Below are positions 26,398 through 35,303 of a DNA stretch of 64,000 bases, piece after piece. The number at the start of each line of letters is the position of its first letter. Within the stretch, counting starts at the first letter, position 1. The notes under the pieces were generated by a model. That model was not told where the DNA came from and made no database searches. It was given only the letters and a program-made list of their open reading frames with translations. Source of the DNA: a virus (Duplodnaviria > Caudoviricetes); the IMG/VR virus record IMGVR_UViG_3300031998_000006, positions 128,001 to 192,000 of that record; one strand, given 5' to 3'. The position numbers and the translations under genes were made by a program.

Positions 26398-28133
26398 TAT
26401 GCACCCTTGATTCCGTTGGCAAGGAGCTTGTCAACCACCTCGTCCTTGAGGTAGTATTTCTTGTCCACCTCATCTTCGAGGATGTCCTGCAAGAAGATGC
26501 CCTTGTCAGCCGGTTGCGGAATATCGGGAACTACGATACGGAGAAGACCCTGGGTCTTCGTGCGGATGTTAGTCCAGTAGATTCGTCTGCGGTTCTGTGC
26601 GGACACGAGAGCGGAGTTCACGTGGACTCCCGGAATACCGATGGCTTTTGTAAGGACATCCTCCCACTTTTCGCCCATTTCCACATTTTCCAGGAAGAAG
26701 AATACATTCGGGTTCGTTTCACGGACTTCGTGAAGGATTCGCATATACTCCCAGAATAGGAAGGATTCGCCATCAAACTGGAAGCCTTGTTCCTTGAGTT
26801 CAAGGTAGCGTTCAAGGGTGTAAATCTCTTCGTTAGTGGTGGTGTTCATACCATTGCGGCGACCGGCAAAACTGAAATTCGTGCAATTTTTTACGACCAC
26901 ATTTTCAACCGTATAGGAGTGGTCTTCGTCCACCGTGATATTGTAAACGAGTTGTTCGCCAATGTGGGTGTATTTCTTGACCCCAAACCAAATCTTGTCC
27001 TCATCATACTGCACCTTGCCCTTGACACCCTTGGCATAGTGTATGACATACTGCGGATGCTGATTGACGGTTCTTCCGTCGATTTCCCAAGTAGCACCCC
27101 TATCATACAGATAGATGTTGGAGTGAACCTTTTCCACATCAAGGATAAGGCGTTGCAGACCGAGGGCGAGATTGTGGCTGACCGTGCAAATCTGCACCTT
27201 GTTTCCCTTGATAGAACCATCGCCAGAAAGATAACCTTCAAGGAAGGACTTCTTGATTTCATCGGAAGAGTTGAAGATTTCTTCGGAGATGAACTTGTCC
27301 ATTGCATTGCAACCGCAATTCTTCTCCGCAAGTTCCACAAGTTTCTTGTTGGAGAACACGATTCGGTAGGTGGACGTGCTATGCGGATAGCAAGAATACT
27401 GCAAGGCGGCAAGGTGGGCTTTCACGTCGTCCAACTTCTTGCTTCCAATGGACAAGATAAGCTGCCAAGCACGAGAACCCTTATGCTTGCCATCAAAACG
27501 CAAGTCTTTTCGGGTATGACCATCAGCTAGATACCTACCAAGAACCCAGGCTTCTTCCAAGGTAATGTCCAAGCCATCGCCATCCACCTTCGGGCGGTTG
27601 CTACAGATGTAGTAATCGTTCTTCAACTTTTCAGCTTCAACCCAGTCAGCCTTACCGAGTTCCAATCTACGAGTACGGGCATCGTTCCTCCATGCAAAGG
27701 ACTTCTTTTTAGCCCAGAACTTGTGGTCAGCGGTACACACGATGGGTGCGGAACACTGGGTCTGTACCTCAAAGGTTTCAGCCAGCTTGCATCCGTAATC
27801 CACCACGGGACGCCAACGGTTCTTGTGGGTAAGCACCAGTTCGCCAAGACGGATGTCTTCAATGTTCTTGTAGCCTTGCTTGGTAAGGACTTTAGTACCG
27901 GCTGCGAAGCACGGAGAACCGCCAATCAAAAGGTCGATGTGTCCGAGCTTTCGGGCATCAACTTCCGTGACGGACCCTAATTGAATAGTGTCAGGGAAAT
28001 TCTTCTGTGTCTGTGCAATGGCGTGCTTGTCAATTTCCGATGCATAGTATTTGTCAATCTTGGCTCCGAGTTCCGTGAGAGCGATTCTCCCGCACGACAT
28101 ACCGTCGAACAAACTCAATACTGTAATACCCAT
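26397..28133 (-). CDS. C5-cytosine methyltransferase N-terminal catalytic subunit (motifs I-VIII), intein-containing
   Basis: LSLFDGMSCG (I), GGSP/C (IV), FLENV (VI), QNRRRIYW (VIII); stops after LQDILEDEVDKKYYL; no TRD or motifs IX-X. Confidence 0.93.
   Translation of the reverse strand: MGITVLSLFDGMSCGRIALTELGAKIDKYYASEIDKHAIAQTQKNFPDTIQLGSVTEVDARKLGHIDLLIGGSPCFAAGTKVLTKQGYKNIEDIRLGELVLTHKNRWRPVVDYGCKLAETFEVQTQCSAPIVCTADHKFWAKKKSFAWRNDARTRRLELGKADWVEAEKLKNDYYICSNRPKVDGDGLDITLEEAWVLGRYLADGHTRKDLRFDGKHKGSRAWQLILSIGSKKLDDVKAHLAALQYSCYPHSTSTYRIVFSNKKLVELAEKNCGCNAMDKFISEEIFNSSDEIKKSFLEGYLSGDGSIKGNKVQICTVSHNLALGLQRLILDVEKVHSNIYLYDRGATWEIDGRTVNQHPQYVIHYAKGVKGKVQYDEDKIWFGVKKYTHIGEQLVYNITVDEDHSYTVENVVVKNCTNFSFAGRRNGMNTTTNEEIYTLERYLELKEQGFQFDGESFLFWEYMRILHEVRETNPNVFFFLENVEMGEKWEDVLTKAIGIPGVHVNSALVSAQNRRRIYWTNIRTKTQGLLRIVVPDIPQPADKGIFLQDILEDEVDKKYYLKDEVVDKLLANGIKGA
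26886..27911 (-). mobile_element. 342-aa intein with LAGLIDADG endonuclease at the catalytic Pro-Cys
   Basis: Starts CFAAGT, contains TADH, LGRYLADG and FLEGYLSGDG, ends VVKN/C. Confidence 0.92.
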
Positions 28134-28168
28134 TGTATGTTTTTCCTCTTAATGATTGGTTTATTGTT

Positions 28169-28187
28169 ATATAGTTCCACCCTAGTC
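28169..28187 (-). promoter_or_regulatory. class II promoter-like motif before the MTase N-subunit
   Basis: GACTAG-GGTGGAAC-TATAT. Confidence 0.65.
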
Positions 28188-28346
28188 CATCTCCACGTAG
28201 TCCATGACCCACTGCCGTTCGTGGGAGTGGCTACCGAAATACTTGTCATAGCCCTTTATGAAGTATTTAGCCTTGTTTTCTGTGGGGGGTGGTACGAACA
28301 CCCCGTTCTGCCAAGTAGGTTCTACCACGATGGACTTCTTCCGCAT
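28182..28346 (-). CDS. orphan TRD-like cassette
   Basis: Hand translation MRKKSIVVEPTWQNGVFVPPPTENKAKYFIKGYDKYFGSHSHERQWVMDYVEMD. Confidence 0.65.
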   Translation of the reverse strand: MRKKSIVVEPTWQNGVFVPPPTENKAKYFIKGYDKYFGSHSHERQWVMDYVEMD

Positions 28347-28352
28347 CCGGTG

Positions 28353-29834
28353 CTATCTCCTGCTTCCGTATCTTCCACGGCTACCCGTCCGTCTGCCGGT
28401 CTGTCGCTTGGGCATATCTTCATCCCCATCGCCATCCCATTGTTCCTCCTGACTCATATCCACACGGGAAAGGAGTTCGCATTCGAGGTAGGGTCTGCCG
28501 ATGGCAAGGCAACTCGTGCATACCACGGAGTCCTGCACGGGAGCGCCATCACGGGTGGTGTTGCAAGCTAGACGAGTGATGCCCCTCTTCCTTTCGGTGG
28601 GGGTGTGGTTAATGGTAATCATCTTCGTGACGTGGGCTACCTTTCGGATGTCTTCGGAAATTTGATTTTCGGCGGCATCTTGTTCGCCACCCACAGTGGC
28701 ACGACCCGTCTGCGAAACGGTAGCAAGCATACACTTGCGGGATTGAGCCAAGCCACGGAGGGCTTTCCAGCACTTGTTGATTTTCTCGCGTTCATCGTTG
28801 CCGGGACCCAAGTCCATAATATCCGCATAGTCCACACAGATGACTTCGGGTACAAAGCCCTCATAGACTTCCATATCCTTGAGTTCGGCTTCAAGACCAC
28901 GGACCGTGAGAGTGCCGGTAGGGAATGTACGGAGTTCCAAGTGACCCCTACGGCTAATCTTTCGGAATGCCTTTTGAGCCTTCTCGATGCTCTCAACACT
29001 TGCATCCACCCTCTCCGTGGGTTGTCTATCGTCCACGATTCGGGCTGTGCCACCATTGTCATACTCAAATGTGGGCCACGCCACCTCTTCGCCATATCTG
29101 GACTTGCCCGTAAGCATCTGCCAGAATCTACGGACAACTTGCTTTTCGGACATTTCAAGGGAAACATAGAGAACACACTTGCCCTGCAAGGCGGCTTGAG
29201 TGGCGATGGTCATAAGCCACCAAGTCTTACCGCTCTTCGGAGGACCAATGACCGCAATGAAATCTTCACGGATGAACGGACCGATGACACTACCGAGAAC
29301 ACCCGGCATAGTGAAAATCTCTTCCTCATCGTTGTCGAAAGCACTTGAGATTGTACCGGCATCCCTAAAAAGGTCAACCACCTGTGCCTGACGGATGTCC
29401 GGTTTCGTGAAGTCCGAAACCGCGTGCAAACCTCCCGAAACATCGTTGTTCTGCACGGCACGGTTAATCTTTTCGGCTAGGAGGACCAAGGCTCTCTTTT
29501 GAAAATACTTGATGGCATTTTCCGTGGCAACCGCTTCATTGGAAGGAGTCCATTCTTCGGAGCAGGTGTCCAAGAATGCCTTGACCATCTCCGCATCGGC
29601 TTCCTTGAGGTCGGAAGCCTTGTGCATATAAATATCGCTGATTGTCTTCTGCGGGGCATCCCCATACTTGTCATAGAAGGTAAGAACCCAGTCGGCAACA
29701 ATCTTGCCCATCGTGCTTTCAAACAGGATGGCATCGCAACTCTTCCTACACTTGGAGATGAGTGCGGTGGACATAATCATATTGGACAAGATGATTCGCT
29801 CTTCCGAAAATTCAATCTTCTCTCGTCTTAACAT
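28353..29834 (-). CDS. DnaB-like replicative helicase
   Basis: GPPKSGKT, YVSLEMS, VDYADIM, TVSQ. Confidence 0.9.
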   Translation of the reverse strand: MLRREKIEFSEERIILSNMIMSTALISKCRKSCDAILFESTMGKIVADWVLTFYDKYGDAPQKTISDIYMHKASDLKEADAEMVKAFLDTCSEEWTPSNEAVATENAIKYFQKRALVLLAEKINRAVQNNDVSGGLHAVSDFTKPDIRQAQVVDLFRDAGTISSAFDNDEEEIFTMPGVLGSVIGPFIREDFIAVIGPPKSGKTWWLMTIATQAALQGKCVLYVSLEMSEKQVVRRFWQMLTGKSRYGEEVAWPTFEYDNGGTARIVDDRQPTERVDASVESIEKAQKAFRKISRRGHLELRTFPTGTLTVRGLEAELKDMEVYEGFVPEVICVDYADIMDLGPGNDEREKINKCWKALRGLAQSRKCMLATVSQTGRATVGGEQDAAENQISEDIRKVAHVTKMITINHTPTERKRGITRLACNTTRDGAPVQDSVVCTSCLAIGRPYLECELLSRVDMSQEEQWDGDGDEDMPKRQTGRRTGSRGRYGSRR

Positions 29835-29907
29835 TACAAAATACCTCTAGTAGCATTACAAATATAGGACGACCCTAGTATATCTGTACATAGATGGGGG
29901 CATCTCA

Positions 29908-30096
29908 TCACAGTTCCTCATAGAGCAGAACCTTAATGCGGTTGCCAGAACCCTCGCTTGCCTTTAGAGCGTAGCACTTGCCACGGGGGTCAACCACATT
30001 CTGCTCGAAATGCCATCCGTACATAGTCATCCCCTTCAAGGGAGTAAGTATCTGGCTTACCCCGCTGAACGGCATATCCTTGTCACGTTCCGTCAT
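29908..30096 (-). CDS. orphan TRD-like cassette
   Basis: FEQNVVDPRGKCYALKASEGSGNRIKVLLYEEL. Confidence 0.75.
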   Translation of the reverse strand: MTERDKDMPFSGVSQILTPLKGMTMYGWHFEQNVVDPRGKCYALKASEGSGNRIKVLLYEEL

Positions 30097-32248
30097 TTAT
30101 CCGCAATCCCCTACGCTCTAGGAGTTCTGTAAGTAAGTCGGAAGTTGCGGTTTCCTTGCCATCAAGAACCCCATCAAGCATCTTGGCACGGCTATCCAAC
30201 ACTTCAATCGCATCCATATCCACAGTTCCAGGGGCTACGAGATAGTAAGAGGTTACTGAATTATGTTGTCCTGAACGGTGCAAACGGTCCTCCGCCTGGC
30301 GATGATAATTTGGAGTGTGCGAAAATTCAGCAAATGCCACGTCGGAACACACATCTTGAAAGCCGTCGATACCTACACCACCAGCTTGAATGTTAGCCAC
30401 AATTACCCTACACTTCGGGTCTTCAATGAATTTTAGTCGGGCATCCTCACGCTCATTTGTGGACATACCCCCATAAATAATTGCGGGATGCCATTGCTTG
30501 AGAGTATCGTATAAAACCTCAACTACGGAACGGTGCCAAGCGAACAGAAGCAACTTCTTACCGGATTCAAGGAAGTCCTCAATCCACAGAAGCATAGACT
30601 TTTCCTTGAGGGCATAGGCTGAACGGAGAAGACCGGCAACTTTAGCCCTAGCGTTCTCCTTTCCACTCTTGCTAGTGTTTTCGGAGAATACTTCCCGTTC
30701 CTCTTCGTAGTAATCGTTCATTGCGGATTCGTCAACTTCCAAAGGTACAACTTCCATAATCTTTGGGGGTAGGTCCTTCATCACTTCCGATTTGGTTCTG
30801 CGGAGCATACATCCAACTAGCAGTTCGTGGAGTTCTTCAACATTAGATGCCCCATTGTACTTTGTTCCATACTCGTCCGTCTGCGGGTCGCAATAGCGGT
30901 TGCAGAAGAAGAAATAATTCTTGAACTTGGACGGTTCCACGATATTGAGCAGAGTCCAGAACTGGAGTGGTTTGGACATAGCCGGTGTACCGCTCATCCC
31001 GATGCAATGGGGGATGACCTTGGACAAGGCAACGAATGCCTTGGACCGCTGCGACTTGTAGTTGCCGATGGCTTGTACTTCATCGCCAACCAACAGACGG
31101 AATCCTACTTGTGCAAGTTCATCCTGCCAGTCGGCTAGGATGTCCCAGTTGATAATGTAACTCTTGTCGTGTGCAAGCCTATAAGTCTTTCTGCCCCCGA
31201 TGACTTCCACATCGGGATAGTGCTTCTTGGTTGCACCTACCCACTTGCGATAAGCACCTTGCCATTGCAATTTCGTTGGGGCATTGACCACATAGAGTGC
31301 TGGATAGGCATTGGCATAAACCATCCACGAGAGCGCTTCAACGGTTTTACCGCAATTATGCACGATAATGTGGTTGGCTACAAAATTCCCGTGATTGAGA
31401 ACCTTGACATCGTAGGTCATTCTCATCCCTGCGGAATGAATGGATGTAACTTTCGACATAAGCATACCTTTAGTGCCGTCAAGCTGCACATAGGCATTCA
31501 AAGTGTCCTTGACCTCCACCCATCCGTTGTCCGTAAGAACCTTATGGTCAGGGGTTGCGATGAGGTACATCCCGTCCTCGAAAGTCACGTGGACACACCG
31601 CTTCAAACCACTATGCAAGACATCAACAACCTCACCAAATCCCATAGAGTGACCATCGTTGACAAGGCATTGAATGCTCCAGTCACACTTGTCCTTGGTC
31701 TTGGCAAATTCACGATAAAGGGTTTCAAGGCTAATCTTCCGTTCCTTGCCATCCTTGCGGACAACAACGGTCATATCGCCACAGACGCATCCCATCTCGT
31801 CGCCGAGGGCAAGTCTTCCGTGACGGAGCTGTGCGAACTTGAGGAAGTCAATCTGGTACGGACGAAGACCCGGAATCAAAGTTCCTTCGGGGTCTAGCTT
31901 CGTGGCGTCGATTAGAGCCTTTTGCTTGATTCGTGGGTCTTCTCGCTTTACGGTGGGGTCTTTCTTCGTAGGCTGGGGCCATCCCGAAGCAAGCATCCAC
32001 TTCTGCGTACCGGCATTCCACGGAATCTCCCACTTTTTAGTTGCGGCATTGTAGGAGCGTTCCGGGAGCTTGCGGATGGCTTCTAGGATTGTCTTCCATC
32101 CATCCTTGTTTCGTGTGAGCCAAGTGAGGGCAACGGTGGTTTCCTCAACGTCCGTGAACTCCGCTACATACTTTACCCCGGCGATAGGCTCAAGGGGTTT
32201 GGGCATACGGACCAACGAATTTTCCAATTCAAAAAAATCAAAAGCCAT
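30083..32248 (-). CDS. SNF2/SMARCAL1-like helicase with mini-intein
   Basis: LRPYQ, DEMG/CGKT, DEVQ, SGTP, QAEDRLHRSGQ; HARP-like N-terminus. Confidence 0.9.
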   Translation of the reverse strand: MAFDFFELENSLVRMPKPLEPIAGVKYVAEFTDVEETTVALTWLTRNKDGWKTILEAIRKLPERSYNAATKKWEIPWNAGTQKWMLASGWPQPTKKDPTVKREDPRIKQKALIDATKLDPEGTLIPGLRPYQIDFLKFAQLRHGRLALGDEMGCVCGDMTVVVRKDGKERKISLETLYREFAKTKDKCDWSIQCLVNDGHSMGFGEVVDVLHSGLKRCVHVTFEDGMYLIATPDHKVLTDNGWVEVKDTLNAYVQLDGTKGMLMSKVTSIHSAGMRMTYDVKVLNHGNFVANHIIVHNCGKTVEALSWMVYANAYPALYVVNAPTKLQWQGAYRKWVGATKKHYPDVEVIGGRKTYRLAHDKSYIINWDILADWQDELAQVGFRLLVGDEVQAIGNYKSQRSKAFVALSKVIPHCIGMSGTPAMSKPLQFWTLLNIVEPSKFKNYFFFCNRYCDPQTDEYGTKYNGASNVEELHELLVGCMLRRTKSEVMKDLPPKIMEVVPLEVDESAMNDYYEEEREVFSENTSKSGKENARAKVAGLLRSAYALKEKSMLLWIEDFLESGKKLLLFAWHRSVVEVLYDTLKQWHPAIIYGGMSTNEREDARLKFIEDPKCRVIVANIQAGGVGIDGFQDVCSDVAFAEFSHTPNYHRQAEDRLHRSGQHNSVTSYYLVAPGTVDMDAIEVLDSRAKMLDGVLDGKETATSDLLTELLERRGLRINDGT
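31355..31789 (-). mobile_element. 145-aa mini-intein in the Walker A motif
   Basis: Starts CVCGD, contains TPDH, ends IVHN/C; no endonuclease domain. Confidence 0.9.
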
Positions 32249-33306
32249 TATCCTACGTTCCTATAATCGGGGATAACCACATTGCGGTTAGTCTTGCACC
32301 ACTGGCAGAACCTAAACCACTTTTCGCATCCGGGGTAGATGAATGTGAGGGGCAAAGCCCTTCCGCTTGCGGATGCATTCCATTCCTTTACCAGAGTGAC
32401 CGCCATCCCGATGTCAGCCATACGGACGCGGTTCTCCACAACGGTCATCAGCTTGTCACGATTGGAATAGTACCAATCTACATATTTCTTCACACCCATC
32501 CAGTAAGTACCCATAGAACTTGCAGGCATACTGTTGAGGTAGGGCGATTCCTTAATCAAGTTTTCAGCCACGGACACGGCAAGTTTGGGAAGCGCGGTCT
32601 TCACGGCTTCGTCTTTATTCATCTCCCACATAACTTCACAGAACGGACTCCATTCAGTACCGGACTTCGTGGCGGTACAGAGGAAAGACGCCAATGACTT
32701 GCGAGGAATCTTGCCATTCTCAAGGGTGGGCCACCAATAGCCCCTCTTCTCGTGGGCATCTGCTACATAGTCAAGGCACTCCTTGATGGAGTCGATGACC
32801 TTGGCGATGGAATCAAACTTACCACGGACAATCTGCGGACCGCTACCCTTCTGTTCCGTCTTGGAAAGCCAAGCCTTGTCCCAGCGGTGGGAATCCGCAA
32901 ACAAATCGGCAGATAGCCATACAACCTCACGGCAAGTGGCATCCCATACCTTGCTATCCAGCTTGGTAGCGGATAGGAACGGATAGTTCCGTGTCAGTTC
33001 GTGGAGTTCGGAAAGTTCCGTATTGGACATCCCGTCCGCATGGGTAGGAATCTTGAAGTTGAAGCCTTTATGAACTGGTTCTTCATTGGGTTTAGGAGCT
33101 TTCGGAGCGGGGGTAGGACGGACGGTTGCGTGAGTCTTTACCACGGGTCTTTTCTTCTTGACCTCAAACATCTCGGACATCAAGTCCTGCGATTCCATAC
33201 GGACTTCCAAGGTGTCCTTTCCCTTAATGACAACACGAGCCGAAACATTCTGTTGTTTCAGCCATTCGTTGAGCTTCGGGAGCAATGTAGAAGCGGATTC
33301 TGCCAT
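32248..33306 (-). CDS. hypothetical protein
   Basis: 352-aa ORF coupled to the helicase gene. Confidence 0.75.
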   Translation of the reverse strand: MAESASTLLPKLNEWLKQQNVSARVVIKGKDTLEVRMESQDLMSEMFEVKKKRPVVKTHATVRPTPAPKAPKPNEEPVHKGFNFKIPTHADGMSNTELSELHELTRNYPFLSATKLDSKVWDATCREVVWLSADLFADSHRWDKAWLSKTEQKGSGPQIVRGKFDSIAKVIDSIKECLDYVADAHEKRGYWWPTLENGKIPRKSLASFLCTATKSGTEWSPFCEVMWEMNKDEAVKTALPKLAVSVAENLIKESPYLNSMPASSMGTYWMGVKKYVDWYYSNRDKLMTVVENRVRMADIGMAVTLVKEWNASASGRALPLTFIYPGCEKWFRFCQWCKTNRNVVIPDYRNVG

Positions 33307-33308
33307 CG

Positions 33309-33689
33309 CTATTTACCCTTGTTTGATTTCCATTTCGCAAGCATCCGTTCGAACTTGTCCTGCGGGATGGGGCAAGTCTTGCAGAAGATTTCGTTCCACT
33401 TCTTTCGGGAGAGGTCGGCGTCCACAAGCTCCGAAGCTAGGGGTAGAATCCTACCCCTATAAAGAGGGTCAAACCAATGGGAGGACGGCTTCCATCCACG
33501 GCTCTGCATCTCACGGAGGATGCGGTTATGATACCAAATCAAAGCCCCCCAAGGAAGGGCATAGAACCAGGTTCGTGTATTTACGGGGCTTCTCCACTCG
33601 GACGAGCGGATTCTGCATACATCACGATGGAGGGCTGTCAGGAGTCTGTTGGGCAAATCGGGTAAAAGGTTCGGATGCCAAAGTTGCAT
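33309..33689 (-). CDS. pyrimidine-dimer glycosylase/DenV-like protein
   Basis: MQLWHPNLLPDLPNRLLTALHRDVCRIR, EMQSRGWKP. Confidence 0.7.
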   Translation of the reverse strand: MQLWHPNLLPDLPNRLLTALHRDVCRIRSSEWRSPVNTRTWFYALPWGALIWYHNRILREMQSRGWKPSSHWFDPLYRGRILPLASELVDADLSRKKWNEIFCKTCPIPQDKFERMLAKWKSNKGK

Positions 33690-33734
33690 TCTATCTATCC
33701 TTTTGAAATTCTACACATAGTATATAGCACGGAA

Positions 33735-34160
33735 CTATTTGCTCATCTTTAGCCAGTAAGTGGCATACCTTTTTCCGGTCCGTGGGTCAACGCTGTTGTC
33801 CACGTCTATATCCATACCTTCCTTCTTGAGATTGAAGATGTATGCACCCAGACGGAAGCACCCAAAGTGTTCGAGGGCGTCTAGCGGAGTGATAGGCTTG
33901 CCGGTCAAAAGCCATTCCTTGATAGCCTGCTTCTGTGTCTTCTTCACGGAGCGGTCAAACTGGTATTTCGGATGGATGCCATCGGGGTTCTCCTTGGATT
34001 CCGCTTGAAGATAGATTGTGACCGTCTTACCATCCGGACTCAATTCCTTGTGGTTGACAATCAGTTCACGGCTGCCCAGCTTGAGATGGACTTCCGTAAC
34101 ATTTTCGCCAAGACATCCGCTCTTTCCTTCAAGCAGCTTGAGCATCGTATAAAGTTCCAT
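33735..34160 (-). CDS. winged HTH protein
   Basis: ITPLDALEHFGCFRLGAYIFNLKKEG. Confidence 0.75.
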   Translation of the reverse strand: MELYTMLKLLEGKSGCLGENVTEVHLKLGSRELIVNHKELSPDGKTVTIYLQAESKENPDGIHPKYQFDRSVKKTQKQAIKEWLLTGKPITPLDALEHFGCFRLGAYIFNLKKEGMDIDVDNSVDPRTGKRYATYWLKMSK

Positions 34161-34194
34161 TGTGTTATCCTCGGTTGATGGTTGAAAAACTTTT

Positions 34195-35289
34195 CTATCG
34201 GAGGGGCATCAGCAATGTTGTAGCCTTGCCATCAATCCACATAGTAGGGCGTTCAAGGATGCCCACGGACTGGAAGATTACATCGGAGTTGTCGCTGAAC
34301 CTCTCAAGGGTTTCAAGAAGACGGTTAGCATCCAGCTTAACACCACCCTCATTGAACTTGTAGTCTTCTGGAACTCTAGTTACACCAAGCCCGTCCTCCC
34401 CGTAGGTTAGCATCACGGGGCAAAGACCCTTGCTCGTGAGCGGAATGACATTCACGAGAGTCTGGGTGGCTGAACGGAGTGATGCCACGTCCACCTTGTA
34501 TTCGTGTTCTGCCGATAGCAGCGGAAGGGCATTGTAGGTTGGGGGATAGGCACCGGCAATCAAGTTGCCATATACAGACACGGATTTGTTCTCGAAGATG
34601 TATCGGGATTTCTGTATGCCCATAGTAGCATCAGCCCCAAGCGATGCAAGTACCTTGAACGCCTTGAGCGGAATACTACAAGTGACCTTTGGATGCTTGA
34701 CGAACTGGGTACAGACCATCAAGGTACGATTGGTTGTAGCGAATCCGCTCTGGTCGCCCCCGAACGAAAGAAGCACACCACTCAACGTAGGGTACTGCTT
34801 GTCATCGGAACTGAACTGGACTAAATACTTGTCCACGAACTTGATGTCGAAATCGGTAAGGTATTTCTCAAACAGCTTCGTATCTCTAGGAATAATCATA
34901 GAAGGGCAATCCCTTCCGGGTACACCCTCAACCTTTCCGCAATCCGTGCAGTTGACCTTGAAGGACACGCTATTGCCGGTCCTCTCAATCCGCATCATTC
35001 CGTTGGGGGCTTTGCTTGCGATATTGTTGAATACCGTGTAGTCGATGGCAAGGTCGATTGTACCCTTGCCATTCGCGTCGGACACATTGAGTTCCGCAAA
35101 GCAATCGGAGTCAGTTGCGGTCAAATAGCCCTTTCCGTCCACAACATTGATTCGTACAAACTTCAAAATTGGGATGGTGGTCTTCTTGGGGATTATGGTA
35201 TTGACGGCAGAAAGGTAGCTTGCAAGCACCGTGGTAGAGATGGACACAGACGCTTCGGCATTAGACTTGATAGCAAAATTGAATGGCAT
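34195..35289 (-). CDS. DNA sliding clamp (beta/DnaN-like) 2
   Basis: KTTIPILKFV, LTATDS, YPTLSGVLL, GAYP, LLMPLR C-terminus. Confidence 0.8.
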   Translation of the reverse strand: MPFNFAIKSNAEASVSISTTVLASYLSAVNTIIPKKTTIPILKFVRINVVDGKGYLTATDSDCFAELNVSDANGKGTIDLAIDYTVFNNIASKAPNGMMRIERTGNSVSFKVNCTDCGKVEGVPGRDCPSMIIPRDTKLFEKYLTDFDIKFVDKYLVQFSSDDKQYPTLSGVLLSFGGDQSGFATTNRTLMVCTQFVKHPKVTCSIPLKAFKVLASLGADATMGIQKSRYIFENKSVSVYGNLIAGAYPPTYNALPLLSAEHEYKVDVASLRSATQTLVNVIPLTSKGLCPVMLTYGEDGLGVTRVPEDYKFNEGGVKLDANRLLETLERFSDNSDVIFQSVGILERPTMWIDGKATTLLMPLR

Positions 35290-35303
35290 AGGTATCGTTC
35301 CTT

